Virus record (IMG/VR): IMGVR_UViG_3300017778_001501 | Location: 1 to 37,659 of that record | From: a virus | Lineage: Duplodnaviria; Caudoviricetes | Direction: 5' to 3' (one strand) | Length of the DNA: 37,659 nt | Part shown: positions 1 through 8,465 of the stretch, piece by piece | Position numbering within the stretch: the stretch's first letter is position 1 | Layout: each line of letters begins with the position of its first letter | Notes under the pieces: model-generated | Databases searched by the model: none | The model's input: the letters and a program-made list of their open reading frames with translations, nothing else | What the model was told of the DNA's origin: nothing | Position numbers and translations under genes: made by a program

Positions 1-123
1 AATATTCTTGCCCGCGATGTGGCCGCAATCCTCAAGGATACGCGCGCCGTTCAGGATGTACTTGCGGACCTTGCGGCGCTTGATCTTGCGCGCCTTGACC
101 TCGATCACCCCCTTCCCAGCTAG
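1..123. repeat. 123-bp direct terminal overlap (copy 1), circular assembly
   Basis: aatattcttg...cccagctag at 1-123 is identical to 37537-37659; the portal ORF reads in frame across the join. Confidence 0.97.
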
Positions 124-960
124 ATCGGCCAGAGCCGCGTCAATGGCGGATTGGTCGCTCTCCACATCGTCACCGATGATCTTTTCGCCCATGTCGTCCA
201 GTTCATCGTCGGTATACTTGACCGTCTGGCCTTCAGGATCGACGAAGGTGCGGACGTTCTCGCGCACTTCCTCGACCTTGTAGTATTCCGCGATGTAGAC
301 GCCATCGGGCGTATTCCAGTCGAAATAGCTAGTGTTGATGTCCTTGGGCCATGATGCCGGATCATCGCCCCATTCAGCCTTGTAGGCATCGCGCGCCATG
401 AAGTAGACGACAAAGCAGTGCTTGGCATCCGCCTTATCAGCGCGCTTGGCATTCACATCGAAGTAGACGCTGGTATCCGCATCGTAAATCGGCTCGATGC
501 GAATGCGCTGCCGCTCGTTTTCGTCGTCGTACTCATCTTCGTAATCAGCCCGCAGACGGAACGCGCCAAAGCCACCGCCAGCTGCCTCCTCGAATGCGTT
601 GTCGTACGCTTCTTCGGCTGCGCTATCCTGTTCATCTGCCCGGTAAAGCCCGTCACACACATCGGCCAGCGCGCTATCTCTGCCGTCACGCGCCACAAAG
701 TCAACGCTAATGCGGTTGTTGCGGTATTCGTTGATAACCCGCATCACCGCCTGGTGAACCTTGTTGTTCTCAAGCTTCGGGCGCTTCTCGAACTGCTCGG
801 CTAGATCGCCTTCCCACTGCGCTCCGACGATGGAGTAGAAACGCCGGTCGGCAACGCACTGGCGGCGCGCCTCGCGGTTCGCCATCTGGGTTGCGTCAAA
901 CTCGGCGCGGGCCTGTGCCAGCACACTCGCGTAGACTTCGGCTTTGGTTTTGCGCGCCAT
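1..960 (-). CDS. Portal protein, P22 gp1-like, N-terminal part (continues at 37536-36460; about 678 aa in total)
   Basis: Missing from the ORF track because it crosses the window edge. ATG at 960 with upstream GAGG gives MARKTKAEVYASVLAQARAEFD...GAQWEG...NKVHQAVMRVINEYRNNRISVDF...AYDNAFEEAAGGGFGAFRL; in frame with ORF 36460..37644; lies between terL and scaffold. Confidence 0.93.
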   Translation of the reverse strand, partial: MARKTKAEVYASVLAQARAEFDATQMANREARRQCVADRRFYSIVGAQWEGDLAEQFEKRPKLENNKVHQAVMRVINEYRNNRISVDFVARDGRDSALADVCDGLYRADEQDSAAEEAYDNAFEEAAGGGFGAFRLRADYEDEYDDENERQRIRIEPIYDADTSVYFDVNAKRADKADAKHCFVVYFMARDAYKAEWGDDPASWPKDINTSYFDWNTPDGVYIAEYYKVEEVRENVRTFVDPEGQTVKYTDDELDDMGEKIIGDDVESDQSAIDAALADLAGKGVIEVKARKIKRRKVRKYILNGARILEDCGHIAGKNI

Positions 961-1002
961 TAAAACCTCTGAGCCTTGCGCCAATACGGCAGCGGGCGGA
1001 TT

Positions 1003-1031
1003 ACCTTAACCCATAGCGCGCCCACCGTCAA
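1003..1031 (-). promoter_or_regulatory. Putative sigma70 promoter for the portal/head genes
   Basis: TTGACG (1031-1026, overlapping the terL stop) -17 nt- TAAGGT (1008-1003). Confidence 0.5.
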
Positions 1032-2266
1032 CGCCTGCCCCACTTGGTGACGATTGGCATGGGAGTAGCATCGGGAACAGCCCTAACCGCAGACGCGCGG
1101 CGCACGCCCTCGCACGCATAGCGCAGTGCGTCGATGCAGTGATTGTTCTTGTCTGCCAACTTGGGCAGCACCATGCCGGTGAGCGGGTCGATCTCGAAGC
1201 TGTACAGCGTCAATTCGTCAATCACGTGCTGGCAGCGCGGGTGAACGATGATGTCAAAGCTCTTGAGAAACTCCACGCCCTCCTCGACCGAACGCGCGCC
1301 CTTGACGGCTGGCAGGATGCGGGGGAAGCCATGGTTGCGCAGGTAACTGATCGTCTCGGGTCGGCTGCTGTCTGCCACCATAGGCCAACTTTCAGCACCT
1401 GGCACCGTCATGAACAGATCGGGCAAGCGGTCAATCTCGCAGCCAATCTGCCAAGCCTCGTAATCGATGTAGAGGTTGCGCCCGTCAATGTAGCACCGCA
1501 GGAGAACGCTGGGATCGATGCTAAAGCCAAAGTCCGCGCCCATGCGGAAGGTGACACCATCCGGCGCGGTAAACTCCTCGACGCGCCAGTTGCGGAACAC
1601 GCGGGCCTCGCTGTTGCGCTGATACTCGCCAAGCCAGATGTGCGCAAACTTGTCCGGGTCGCGGCTGCGGTCATATTCAAGCTCGCTGCGCAGAACGTCG
1701 GGAAGCCACGGGTTGTCGCGGTAGTTCGCCTGCACAACCAAGGCATCTGGTGGCGGGTTCTCGCCGCGCAGCAGCACGTCCACAGGATCGGTTGCCTGCG
1801 ATGGGTTCCACGTAAACCAAAGCTCCGAACCGGGCTTACGGATCGTCGGGCGAAGCAGGTCAAGCGAGCGCTGCGAAAGGCTCTGCGCTTCCTCGACCCA
1901 TGCGATGTCATAACCTTCCAGCGACTTGATGCTGTCTGCCGTGTGGTTTTGCATACCTTGGAAAATGATCAAGCCGCCATGCGGAGCCTTGATGACGGTT
2001 TGCTGAACCTCGAACAGCTTGCCAACGCCCATCGCCTCAATCTTAAGCTCCAAGAGCTTTTTAACCGATTGCGCGAGGGACTTCTGCACTTCGCGGATGC
2101 AAACGGCGGATGTCCGCTCCATGATGCAGCGTTCAATGAGCATCTCGGCAAACGCATGAGACTTGCCCGAACCGCGCCCGCCGTGCACGCCCTTGTAGCG
2201 CGAGGGCTGAAGCAAGGGGACAGCCCAGCGGGGCGTGTCGATGACTAGCTCACCCTTCGGGGGCAT
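1028..2266 (-). CDS. terL: Terminase large subunit, PBSX family
   Basis: Walker A GGRGSGKS, Walker B WVEEA, FTWNP, nuclease motifs GADFGFSIDP and NNHCIDALRYA; ATG at 2266 preferred to TTG at 2272. Confidence 0.96.
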   Translation of the reverse strand: MPPKGELVIDTPRWAVPLLQPSRYKGVHGGRGSGKSHAFAEMLIERCIMERTSAVCIREVQKSLAQSVKKLLELKIEAMGVGKLFEVQQTVIKAPHGGLIIFQGMQNHTADSIKSLEGYDIAWVEEAQSLSQRSLDLLRPTIRKPGSELWFTWNPSQATDPVDVLLRGENPPPDALVVQANYRDNPWLPDVLRSELEYDRSRDPDKFAHIWLGEYQRNSEARVFRNWRVEEFTAPDGVTFRMGADFGFSIDPSVLLRCYIDGRNLYIDYEAWQIGCEIDRLPDLFMTVPGAESWPMVADSSRPETISYLRNHGFPRILPAVKGARSVEEGVEFLKSFDIIVHPRCQHVIDELTLYSFEIDPLTGMVLPKLADKNNHCIDALRYACEGVRRASAVRAVPDATPMPIVTKWGRR

Positions 2267-2564
2267 CGACAACGCGACGGGTAATCAGCTTGACGGCAAT
2301 CTCGCCATCCTCGCCAGTGCCTTGCAGCGTAGTGGGAAGTACCTTGCCAATCAGCGCCAGGAACGCAGACGGACTTTCCCGCGCTTGCTCGCAAAGGTAA
2401 TCCTCGCCGCCAGCCTTATCCAGCGCATTGAGGATCATGTCCTTAAGCTTGGTCGTCACCTTGTTGGGCACGCCCTTAGGTCGGCCCGGACCGCCAACAA
2501 GCAAGTTGGGGTGCGTTGCCGATCTTTTGCCGCTTTGTTTTTTCGGAGCGCTAGTTTCCGCCAT
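2250..2564 (-). CDS. terS: Putative terminase small subunit
   Basis: 104 aa immediately upstream of and overlapping terL; GPGRPKGVPNKVT and FLALIGKVLP segments typical of small packaging proteins. Confidence 0.7.
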   Translation of the reverse strand: MAETSAPKKQSGKRSATHPNLLVGGPGRPKGVPNKVTTKLKDMILNALDKAGGEDYLCEQARESPSAFLALIGKVLPTTLQGTGEDGEIAVKLITRRVVDAPEG

Positions 2565-2570
2565 ATCGTC

Positions 2571-2599
2571 AACCTACCACTTTGCGAGAGCGCGGGCAA
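2571..2599 (-). promoter_or_regulatory. Putative sigma70 promoter giving a leaderless terS transcript
   Basis: TTGCCC (2599-2594) -17 nt- TAGGTT (2576-2571), 6 nt before ATG 2564, no SD. Confidence 0.5.
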
Positions 2600-2603
2600 G
2601 GTT

Positions 2604-2843
2604 TCATGCTCCATCATCCCCGTCGCTGTCGCCGCGCGTGTCGCGGGGTGGGGCAAAGTACCTCTCCGGCAATTCGCCACGATCCAGCATCTCCAGCAGG
2701 ATGGAGGCGGGGCCGCTGATGTTGCGTTCGCCAGTTGCCCAGCGATGCACCGTGGAACGATCAGCAACGCGAAGGATGCGGGCTATCTGTGCGATAGATA
2801 GCCCTTGAGAGTGGCGGATGCAGTTAAAGTCTGCGGGAGTCAT
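2604..2843 (-). CDS. XRE/Cro-type HTH protein (79 aa)
   Basis: MTPADFNCIRHSQGLSIAQIARILRVADRSTVHRWATGERNISGPASILLEML; ATG 2843 overlaps the upstream stop (ATGA). Confidence 0.8.
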   Translation of the reverse strand: MTPADFNCIRHSQGLSIAQIARILRVADRSTVHRWATGERNISGPASILLEMLDRGELPERYFAPPRDTRGDSDGDDGA

Positions 2844-3103
2844 GACTGCTGGTCCCTTATGGCTAGTGCTTCTTCGAGCAGCACGCCCTGTAAGTCTCGC
2901 AAGGCCGCGATGCGGGCGTAGTGTGTCTCGCGGTCGGCCGCGCAGCGCTCGCTGTCGCCGGGGTAGTCCCGCCCGTTCGGCGCGACCTCCTTGAGCCACT
3001 CGACAACGAGGTTGAGGCTGCGGTTGGCGTCAAGGCGCGCCCGGATCAAGTCCTCCGGGTGGGTGCCGTTGATGTTGATGGTGGGACGGATTAGCGCGCT
3101 CAT
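2840..3103 (-). CDS. Hypothetical protein (87 aa)
   Basis: MSALIRPTININGTHPEDL...APNGRDYPGD; ATGA coupling at both ends. Confidence 0.7.
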   Translation of the reverse strand: MSALIRPTININGTHPEDLIRARLDANRSLNLVVEWLKEVAPNGRDYPGDSERCAADRETHYARIAALRDLQGVLLEEALAIRDQQS

Positions 3104-3258
3104 GCTTTGCGCTCCCGCACTGCCCAGAAGCACCCCCAAGTTTCCGGCAGCTTGCGGCGGTTATCAAGGCCAAGATCGGCCATGACTTCATCCACGGTGA
3201 CGACCGGGCGAGTGCCGAAGCGGGTAAGCGTGGTGTAGTGAGTGATGCGGTTTGCCAT
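3100..3258 (-). CDS. Small hypothetical protein (52 aa)
   Basis: Hand-translated MANRITHYTTLTRFGTRPVVTVDEVMADLGLDNRRKLPETWGCFWAVRERKA; AAGGGA SD; ATGA overlap with the next gene. Confidence 0.6.
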   Translation of the reverse strand: MANRITHYTTLTRFGTRPVVTVDEVMADLGLDNRRKLPETWGCFWAVRERKA

Positions 3259-3303
3259 TTGCGTATTCCCTTGTCGGTGGGCAGTGCCCGTTGCGTTGAA
3301 ACC

Positions 3304-3331
3304 ACCTTAGCGCCAGCGTTGCGGATTGCAA
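3304..3331 (-). promoter_or_regulatory. Putative promoter of the small-gene/terminase arm
   Basis: TTGCAA (3331-3326) -16 nt- (GC)TAAGGT (3309-3304), with an A-tract upstream. Confidence 0.45.
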
Positions 3332-3391
3332 CAGCTATTTTGCGAGGGGGAGTAATTTTTTCCACCACCACTTTCCGCGCGAGCATCGCCG

Positions 3392-3543
3392 GTACAAACG
3401 TACACACCCTAAAGGTGTGTGTACGTGTACGTACCGGACGCGCTTTTGCCCCGGTCAATGTACGTACCTAATGTACGTTAAACGGCAAATCATTGTTTTT
3501 GCTACCTTATTTTAGGTACATTGCGAAATGTACGCGCTTGTAC
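3392..3543. repeat. GTAC-iterated element, putative replication origin
   Basis: 11 GTAC copies in 152 bp, a perfect 10-bp inverted repeat (3398-3407/3417-3426) and an AT-rich stretch at about 3478-3515; non-coding, directly after the primase-helicase stop. Confidence 0.7.
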
Positions 3544-3548
3544 CGGCC

Positions 3549-5564
3549 CTAATTTCGCCTCATGAGCATGGCCGAGCCTTCTACCCCGCAAATCACCATC
3601 CAACCATGCTCGTAAGGGGCAATTATCTCGGCCAAAGTGAGCGCTCCGATCAGCCTGTTTGTCTCGCTTGGTTTGATCGCCTGCTTGGCGCTGGCCTCGC
3701 TTTTGGCAATGCCGCTTTCCATGAGGTAGGACACGATGGCCGACCGGCTAACGTACGGCTTGCCCTCTCTCACTTCCGCTCCGGAGGCCCACCAGGCGTT
3801 TTCAAACAACTTCCGGTGCTTTGCCGTAGCGCTCTCCTTCTCGCGCTCCACAGGCGCTTCCGCGAACTGTACGACGGCACTTGTGACCGCCTCGCCATCC
3901 TCATCGATCCAGCCGGGTATCGTCACGCTTTCCAGTGTCGCGTAAACCGACTGCGCAAGCTCCGCATCTTTGCTCTTGCGCTGCACGATCTGCATGGGCG
4001 CGTCTGCCTTGGCGGGAATGATGGACACCTCGATGTCGAGCGCACCGCGCCATGCCGAGGAGCCGCGCGCACGGTGCTGCGCTTCCTCCGATACACCAGT
4101 ATGGTGTACCAGCAGCACCGAACAATCGAACTCAGCCATGAGCGCATTGCAGGCGTCGAGCATGGACTTGGCATCCTGTGCGCTGTTTTCGTCGCCAAGG
4201 AGGAAGCGGTGCAGGGTGTCTACCACAATCAGGCGGGGAAGCTCGCCAAGCGCTCGCACGCTCTCTACCACCCGGCGATAGCCTTCCGGTGTGTTAAGGT
4301 CGCAGCCAGCCCTTGAGAGCCACATGGTGAGGCGTGTAGCACCTCGCGCCACCTTCCACGCTGCAACGCGCCCCCGCAGGCCGTGGTGGCCTTCGCCGGC
4401 CAAGTAGACGACTGCACCCGGCTTGACCTTGTGACCATTCCATTCGGGCAGGCTCGCGGCCATAGAGAGGCACCAGTCGAGGACGACGAATGTCTTGCCG
4501 CCGCCGCTAGGTCCGTGAACCATGATAAGGGCGCGGTCTTGCAGCCAATGCTTGACCAGCCACGAGATCGGCGCGGGGCTTTGCGCGAAGTCATCCGCCG
4601 GGATAAGCCAATCGGATTGCGGCGGGGATAGCAACCCGGCGAGATCCCCCCCACCCTGCGCGTAATCGTTAGCATCCCCCTGCACTGGTGGCGAGATGAC
4701 CCGCGCGCCGTGTTTGGCCGAGGCTTGATCGGCGTATCGCAGGCCGACCCCGCTGGCATCATTGTCAGCCACGATGACAAGCTCTTGCAGCGCGCCGTGT
4801 CTCTCGCGCAAAGTTCCCGTGACGGGAACGAGGTTGCTTGCGGAATACGCGACGGCGCAGGGCCTGCCGGTGACCTGGTGAATGGTGGCGGCAGTGGCGA
4901 AGCCTTCCGCAATGTAAAGCGGACCGGGATCATCCATTGTGCCGACAATCCAGAAACAGCCGCCCGTCTGCCCGCCGGTATGGTAGAGCTTGCCGCCATC
5001 CCCGTCGATGTACTGGATGGATGCTAGCGTGCCCTCTGGTGTGTAGAGCGGGACGACCAGTCGCCCGTCACTTGTCACCCTCGCGCCGTTGGGTGCGATT
5101 CCCTTGCGCGCCAGGTAGGGGTGCGCCTCGCTTGCAGCCATGCAAGAGGCCCATATCGACGATACGGTATCGGCTGCAACCTCGCGGGTCTTAGTGATCT
5201 CCGCATCGCGTAGCGCCTTGGCCTCTGCCAGCCGCCGCGTATTGGCCATCTGCTCCGAGATCGTAAGCTCCCGGCCAACGTCGGCCCGCCATGGTGCTTC
5301 GAAGCCAAGCCGCCAGCAACCGAATCGGCCCGCTGGGATGCCTTCTGGGAATGCGACGTACCACCCCGTCTTATCGCCCTTACCCGGCGTTCCCTTGGTG
5401 CCCGATTGGAAGCGGTGCAGCTTGCCGTCGAGAAACACCGCAGCGGGAGGCGTAAGGCCAGCTGCTTCCATAGCCCGCTTCAACTGAACCTCTGGCGGGT
5501 CGTAGATTGGGATCGGTGGCGGCGACCAAGGACCGCCAAAAATGTTTGAGAGGTTCCCGCTCAT
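3549..5564 (-). CDS. Toprim primase fused to a RepA/AAA_25-type helicase
   Basis: HPYLARKGI, LYIAEGFATA, IVADND, GDANDY (Toprim); HGPSGGGKT, YLAGEG, IVVDTL, VHHTG, RGSSA (RecA-like helicase). Confidence 0.92.
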   Translation of the reverse strand: MSGNLSNIFGGPWSPPPIPIYDPPEVQLKRAMEAAGLTPPAAVFLDGKLHRFQSGTKGTPGKGDKTGWYVAFPEGIPAGRFGCWRLGFEAPWRADVGRELTISEQMANTRRLAEAKALRDAEITKTREVAADTVSSIWASCMAASEAHPYLARKGIAPNGARVTSDGRLVVPLYTPEGTLASIQYIDGDGGKLYHTGGQTGGCFWIVGTMDDPGPLYIAEGFATAATIHQVTGRPCAVAYSASNLVPVTGTLRERHGALQELVIVADNDASGVGLRYADQASAKHGARVISPPVQGDANDYAQGGGDLAGLLSPPQSDWLIPADDFAQSPAPISWLVKHWLQDRALIMVHGPSGGGKTFVVLDWCLSMAASLPEWNGHKVKPGAVVYLAGEGHHGLRGRVAAWKVARGATRLTMWLSRAGCDLNTPEGYRRVVESVRALGELPRLIVVDTLHRFLLGDENSAQDAKSMLDACNALMAEFDCSVLLVHHTGVSEEAQHRARGSSAWRGALDIEVSIIPAKADAPMQIVQRKSKDAELAQSVYATLESVTIPGWIDEDGEAVTSAVVQFAEAPVEREKESATAKHRKLFENAWWASGAEVREGKPYVSRSAIVSYLMESGIAKSEASAKQAIKPSETNRLIGALTLAEIIAPYEHGWMVICGVEGSAMLMRRN

Positions 5565-5737
5565 TCGCCCTGTCCTGTCAAATAGGATGCCAGCCGGTTT
5601 AAGGTTTCCAGCTTTGGATTCGGTTCCTTCCCGTCACGAATGCGCGCGATGGTGTTGCTATGCAAGCCGGTTCGCTCTGCCACTATGCTTAACCGCCTAT
5701 CAGCCAAGCCCTGACGAATCCAATCAAGCTCGAACAT
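5561..5737 (-). CDS. Cro-like HTH protein (58 aa)
   Basis: Hand-translated MFELDWIRQGLADRRLSIVAERTGLHSNTIARIRDGKEPNPKLETLNRLASYLTGQGE; GAGG SD; ATGA overlap with the primase start. Confidence 0.8.
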   Translation of the reverse strand: MFELDWIRQGLADRRLSIVAERTGLHSNTIARIRDGKEPNPKLETLNRLASYLTGQGE

Positions 5738-5766
5738 ATTTTTCCCTCACCTGTTGTGGTGTTTCC

Positions 5767-5797
5767 CCTTTACATGGGGGAGGAGGCAGTGTAAACC
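5767..5797. promoter_or_regulatory. Overlapping divergent promoters (TTTACA-N15-TGTAAA)
   Basis: Plus strand: TTTACA 5769-74 -17- TAAACC 5792-97. Minus strand: TTTACA 5795-90 -17- TAAAGG 5772-67. Confidence 0.55.
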
Positions 5798-5846
5798 CAC
5801 TTCACCCAGCGACCGGATCAGCCGACCGCTGGCATAGGAGCCAAAC

Positions 5847-6521
5847 ATGGCAATCAATCTCAAGAGGACAGGCACGCTGTCCGCTAACGGCGTCAAGCTG
5901 CTTGTCTACGGACAGGCAGGCGCTGGCAAGACCTCGCTCATTCGCACGCTGCCTGAACCTATCGTGCTTTCCGCCGAGGGTGGCCTGCTTTCCATCCAAG
6001 ATGCTGACCTGCCGTTTATCGAAGTGACCTCGATGGATGATCTGCGCGAGGCTTACGAATGGGTCGCGGGATCGGACGAAGCCAAGGCATTCACTTCGGT
6101 CGCCTTGGATTCCATTTCCGAAGTTGCCGAGGTGGTTCTCCAATATGAACTCAAGCGCAACAAGGATGGCCGCGCTGCTTACGGCGAACTCAATTCAACC
6201 ATGAATGAATTGATCCGCGCCTTCCGCGACCTTCCCGGCAAGCACGTCTATATGTCTGCCAAGCTCGAAAAGTCTCAGGATGAGATGGGCCGGATGCTCT
6301 ACAATCCGGGGATGCCGGGTAAGTCATTGACGCAGGGCCTTCCGTACTTCTTCGACGAAGTGCTGGCCCTTCGCGTCGAGAAGGACGCAGACGGCAATAC
6401 GCAGCGCGCCCTCATGTGTGATAGCGATGGCCTATGGGCGGCTAAGGATCGCAGCGGCAAGCTCGATGCTTGGGAAGCGCCGGACCTTGGCGCGGTTATC
6501 GCCAAGATTGGCGGTGCGTGA
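5847..6521 (+). CDS. Sak4-like / AAA_24 ATPase (recombination/annealing)
   Basis: LLVYGQAGAGKT, SAEGGLLS, VALDSISE, PYFFDEV, AKDRSGKL; AGGAG SD. Confidence 0.88.
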   Translation: MAINLKRTGTLSANGVKLLVYGQAGAGKTSLIRTLPEPIVLSAEGGLLSIQDADLPFIEVTSMDDLREAYEWVAGSDEAKAFTSVALDSISEVAEVVLQYELKRNKDGRAAYGELNSTMNELIRAFRDLPGKHVYMSAKLEKSQDEMGRMLYNPGMPGKSLTQGLPYFFDEVLALRVEKDADGNTQRALMCDSDGLWAAKDRSGKLDAWEAPDLGAVIAKIGGA

Positions 6522-6904
6522 TGGACCTCGCCACCCTCTCCCGCGAATGGCTGACGGCCAAGGCAACTGAAGCCGCAGCCCAAGCGCACCGCCGCACAAT
6601 CGAGGACCAGATGCGCAGTCTGATCGGCGTGCCCGAAACGCTTGAAGGCGTGACTAAGGCGGCACCGGACGGTTACGAGATCAAGGTGACTGGCCGGATT
6701 GACCGCAAGGTTGACAGCGAGAAGTTGCAGGAACTCGCTGCCGAGGCTGGCTTGTCCGATCACCTGCCTAACCTGTTCCGCTGGAAGCCTGAGCTTAACC
6801 TGACTGTCTGGAAGGCTGCGGACAAGTCAATCACCGATGCCCTCGCGGGCGCAATTACGGCAAAGCCTGGCCGTCCCTCGTTTGCAATTACACCGAAGGA
6901 GTAA
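6521..6904 (+). CDS. Hypothetical replication-module protein (127 aa)
   Basis: MDLATLSREWL...LFRWKPELNL...ITAKPGRPSF; start overlaps the ATPase stop. Confidence 0.75.
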   Translation: MDLATLSREWLTAKATEAAAQAHRRTIEDQMRSLIGVPETLEGVTKAAPDGYEIKVTGRIDRKVDSEKLQELAAEAGLSDHLPNLFRWKPELNLTVWKAADKSITDALAGAITAKPGRPSFAITPKE

Positions 6905-6909
6905 AGACA

Positions 6910-7389
6910 ATGGCATTTCTTGGCGAAACCTTTTCGACCGACGATCTCCCGCAGTCCGAACGCAGCTATGACCTGCTGCCGGACGGCTGGTATAACGTGA
7001 CCATCACCAAGGCAGAACTTGGCACCACCAAGGCTGGCAACGGCCAGAAGATTGATATGCGCTACGACATTACCGGCCCCACCAATCAGGGCCGCGTCAT
7101 CTTCGGCGCGCTGAACATCCGCAATCCCTCGCAGAAGGCAGAGGAGATTGGTCGCCAGCAGCTTGGCGAGATCATGCGCGCTGTCGGTCTTGCGAAGGTG
7201 CAGGATACCGACGAACTGATCGGCAAGAGCCTTGCCGTCAAGGTCAAGACCCGGCCCGCCGAAAACGGTTATGAGGCGCGCAATGAGGTTGCAGGCTTCA
7301 GGGCCATTGCTGGTGGCATGGCACCCGCACCGACTGCGGCTCCTGCCGCCACGTCGGCCGCAGCCAGCCCGCCGTGGGCCAAGCGTTAA
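6910..7389 (+). CDS. ssDNA-binding protein, DUF669-like
   Basis: YDLLPDGWYNVTITKAELGTTKAGNG...GPTNQGRVIFGALNIRNPSQKAEEIG, Ala/Pro tail ending PPWAKR; typical Sak4 partner position. Confidence 0.82.
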   Translation: MAFLGETFSTDDLPQSERSYDLLPDGWYNVTITKAELGTTKAGNGQKIDMRYDITGPTNQGRVIFGALNIRNPSQKAEEIGRQQLGEIMRAVGLAKVQDTDELIGKSLAVKVKTRPAENGYEARNEVAGFRAIAGGMAPAPTAAPAATSAAASPPWAKR

Positions 7390-7451
7390 GCCAGTTGTTC
7401 CCGGACCCCTGCCAGCAATGGCGGGGGCGAGGATAACCACTGGAGTGATAT

Positions 7452-8465
7452 ATGACCGCCATTCCACCACCTGCGACAACCATCGCGTCACTCATTGACG
7501 CCTACCACGAGCAGCGCAAGGACAAGCCGCGCCCGCACCTTGGCGCGTCCCTGCTAGGGCACCATTGCGATCGCTGGCTTTGGCTATCGTTCCGCTGGGC
7601 TGTGCAGGAACAGTTTCCGGGCCGCATCCTTCGCGTGTTCCGCCGGGGCCACATGGAGGAAGACACAATCGTTTCTGACCTCCGGGCGATTGGTGTTGAC
7701 TTGCGCCACACCGGAAAGACGCAGCGCCGCGTCCTGTTTGGCGCGCATGTTTCCGGCTCGCTTGACGGCATTGCAGAGCGCGGCGTTCCCGGCGCTGAAA
7801 AGACCAGGCATGTCGTCGAGTTCAAGACGCATTCGAAGAAGTCATTCGACGACCTAGAGCGGCACGGCGTCCAGAAGTCCAAGCCGCAGCATTGGTCGCA
7901 GGTCCAGTGTTATATGCACGGCACCGAGATTACCCGCGCGCTGTACGTGGCCATCTGCAAGGATGACGACCGCATCTACACCGAGCGGGTCAAGTATGAG
8001 CGAGAGGCGGCTGAAGATGTTATTGCAAGGGGCCGCTCCATCACGCTGGCCGACCGGATGCCGCCGCCTATCTCTACGGACCCGTCATGGTATCAGTGCA
8101 AGTTCTGCGCCGCGCATAGCTTTTGCCATGAGCGCCAACCGACCAAGTTTGCCAACTGCCGAACCTGCGCGCACTTTACGGTGCGCGAAACCGACTTCCT
8201 CTGCGAGCGTTGGGGCGATGCCGTGCCGGTAGACTTCCAGCACACCGGCTGCGATAGCCATGTGCTGCACCCTGACCTGGTGCCGTGGCCAATGGAAGGC
8301 AGCGAGGACGGTTTGTCAGTCACATGGGTGATTGACGGGAAGCCCGTGCTGAACGGCGAAGGCGGTTACAAGAGCCGCGAGATCGTCGCTAATCCCGAGG
8401 CTTGCGCGTCTGGCATTCGGGAGGAAGTCCGCGAGCATTTCCCCGATGCGGAGGTGATTGGGTGA
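7452..8465 (+). CDS. Cas4-like PD-(D/E)XK exonuclease
   Basis: GAS..GHHCDR, SGSLDG, VEFKT, QVQCYM, C-terminal CKFC..HSFC and NCRTC. Confidence 0.85.
   Translation: MTAIPPPATTIASLIDAYHEQRKDKPRPHLGASLLGHHCDRWLWLSFRWAVQEQFPGRILRVFRRGHMEEDTIVSDLRAIGVDLRHTGKTQRRVLFGAHVSGSLDGIAERGVPGAEKTRHVVEFKTHSKKSFDDLERHGVQKSKPQHWSQVQCYMHGTEITRALYVAICKDDDRIYTERVKYEREAAEDVIARGRSITLADRMPPPISTDPSWYQCKFCAAHSFCHERQPTKFANCRTCAHFTVRETDFLCERWGDAVPVDFQHTGCDSHVLHPDLVPWPMEGSEDGLSVTWVIDGKPVLNGEGGYKSREIVANPEACASGIREEVREHFPDAEVIG

Noticed and set aside
1139-2248. 369-aa plus-strand ORF, and similar long antisense ORFs (9428-10246, 24763-25707, 27575-28504, 34575-35501)
   Set aside because: Shadow frames opposite well-supported genes in GC-rich DNA, with no recognisable motifs
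3392-3543. GTAC cluster as a CRISPR array or tandem satellite
   Set aside because: The unit is only 4-6 bp with irregular spacing and no repeat-spacer periodicity
7452-8465. Cas4-like nuclease as part of a CRISPR-Cas system
   Set aside because: No array or other cas genes seen; it sits in a standard Sak4-SSB-nuclease-helicase module
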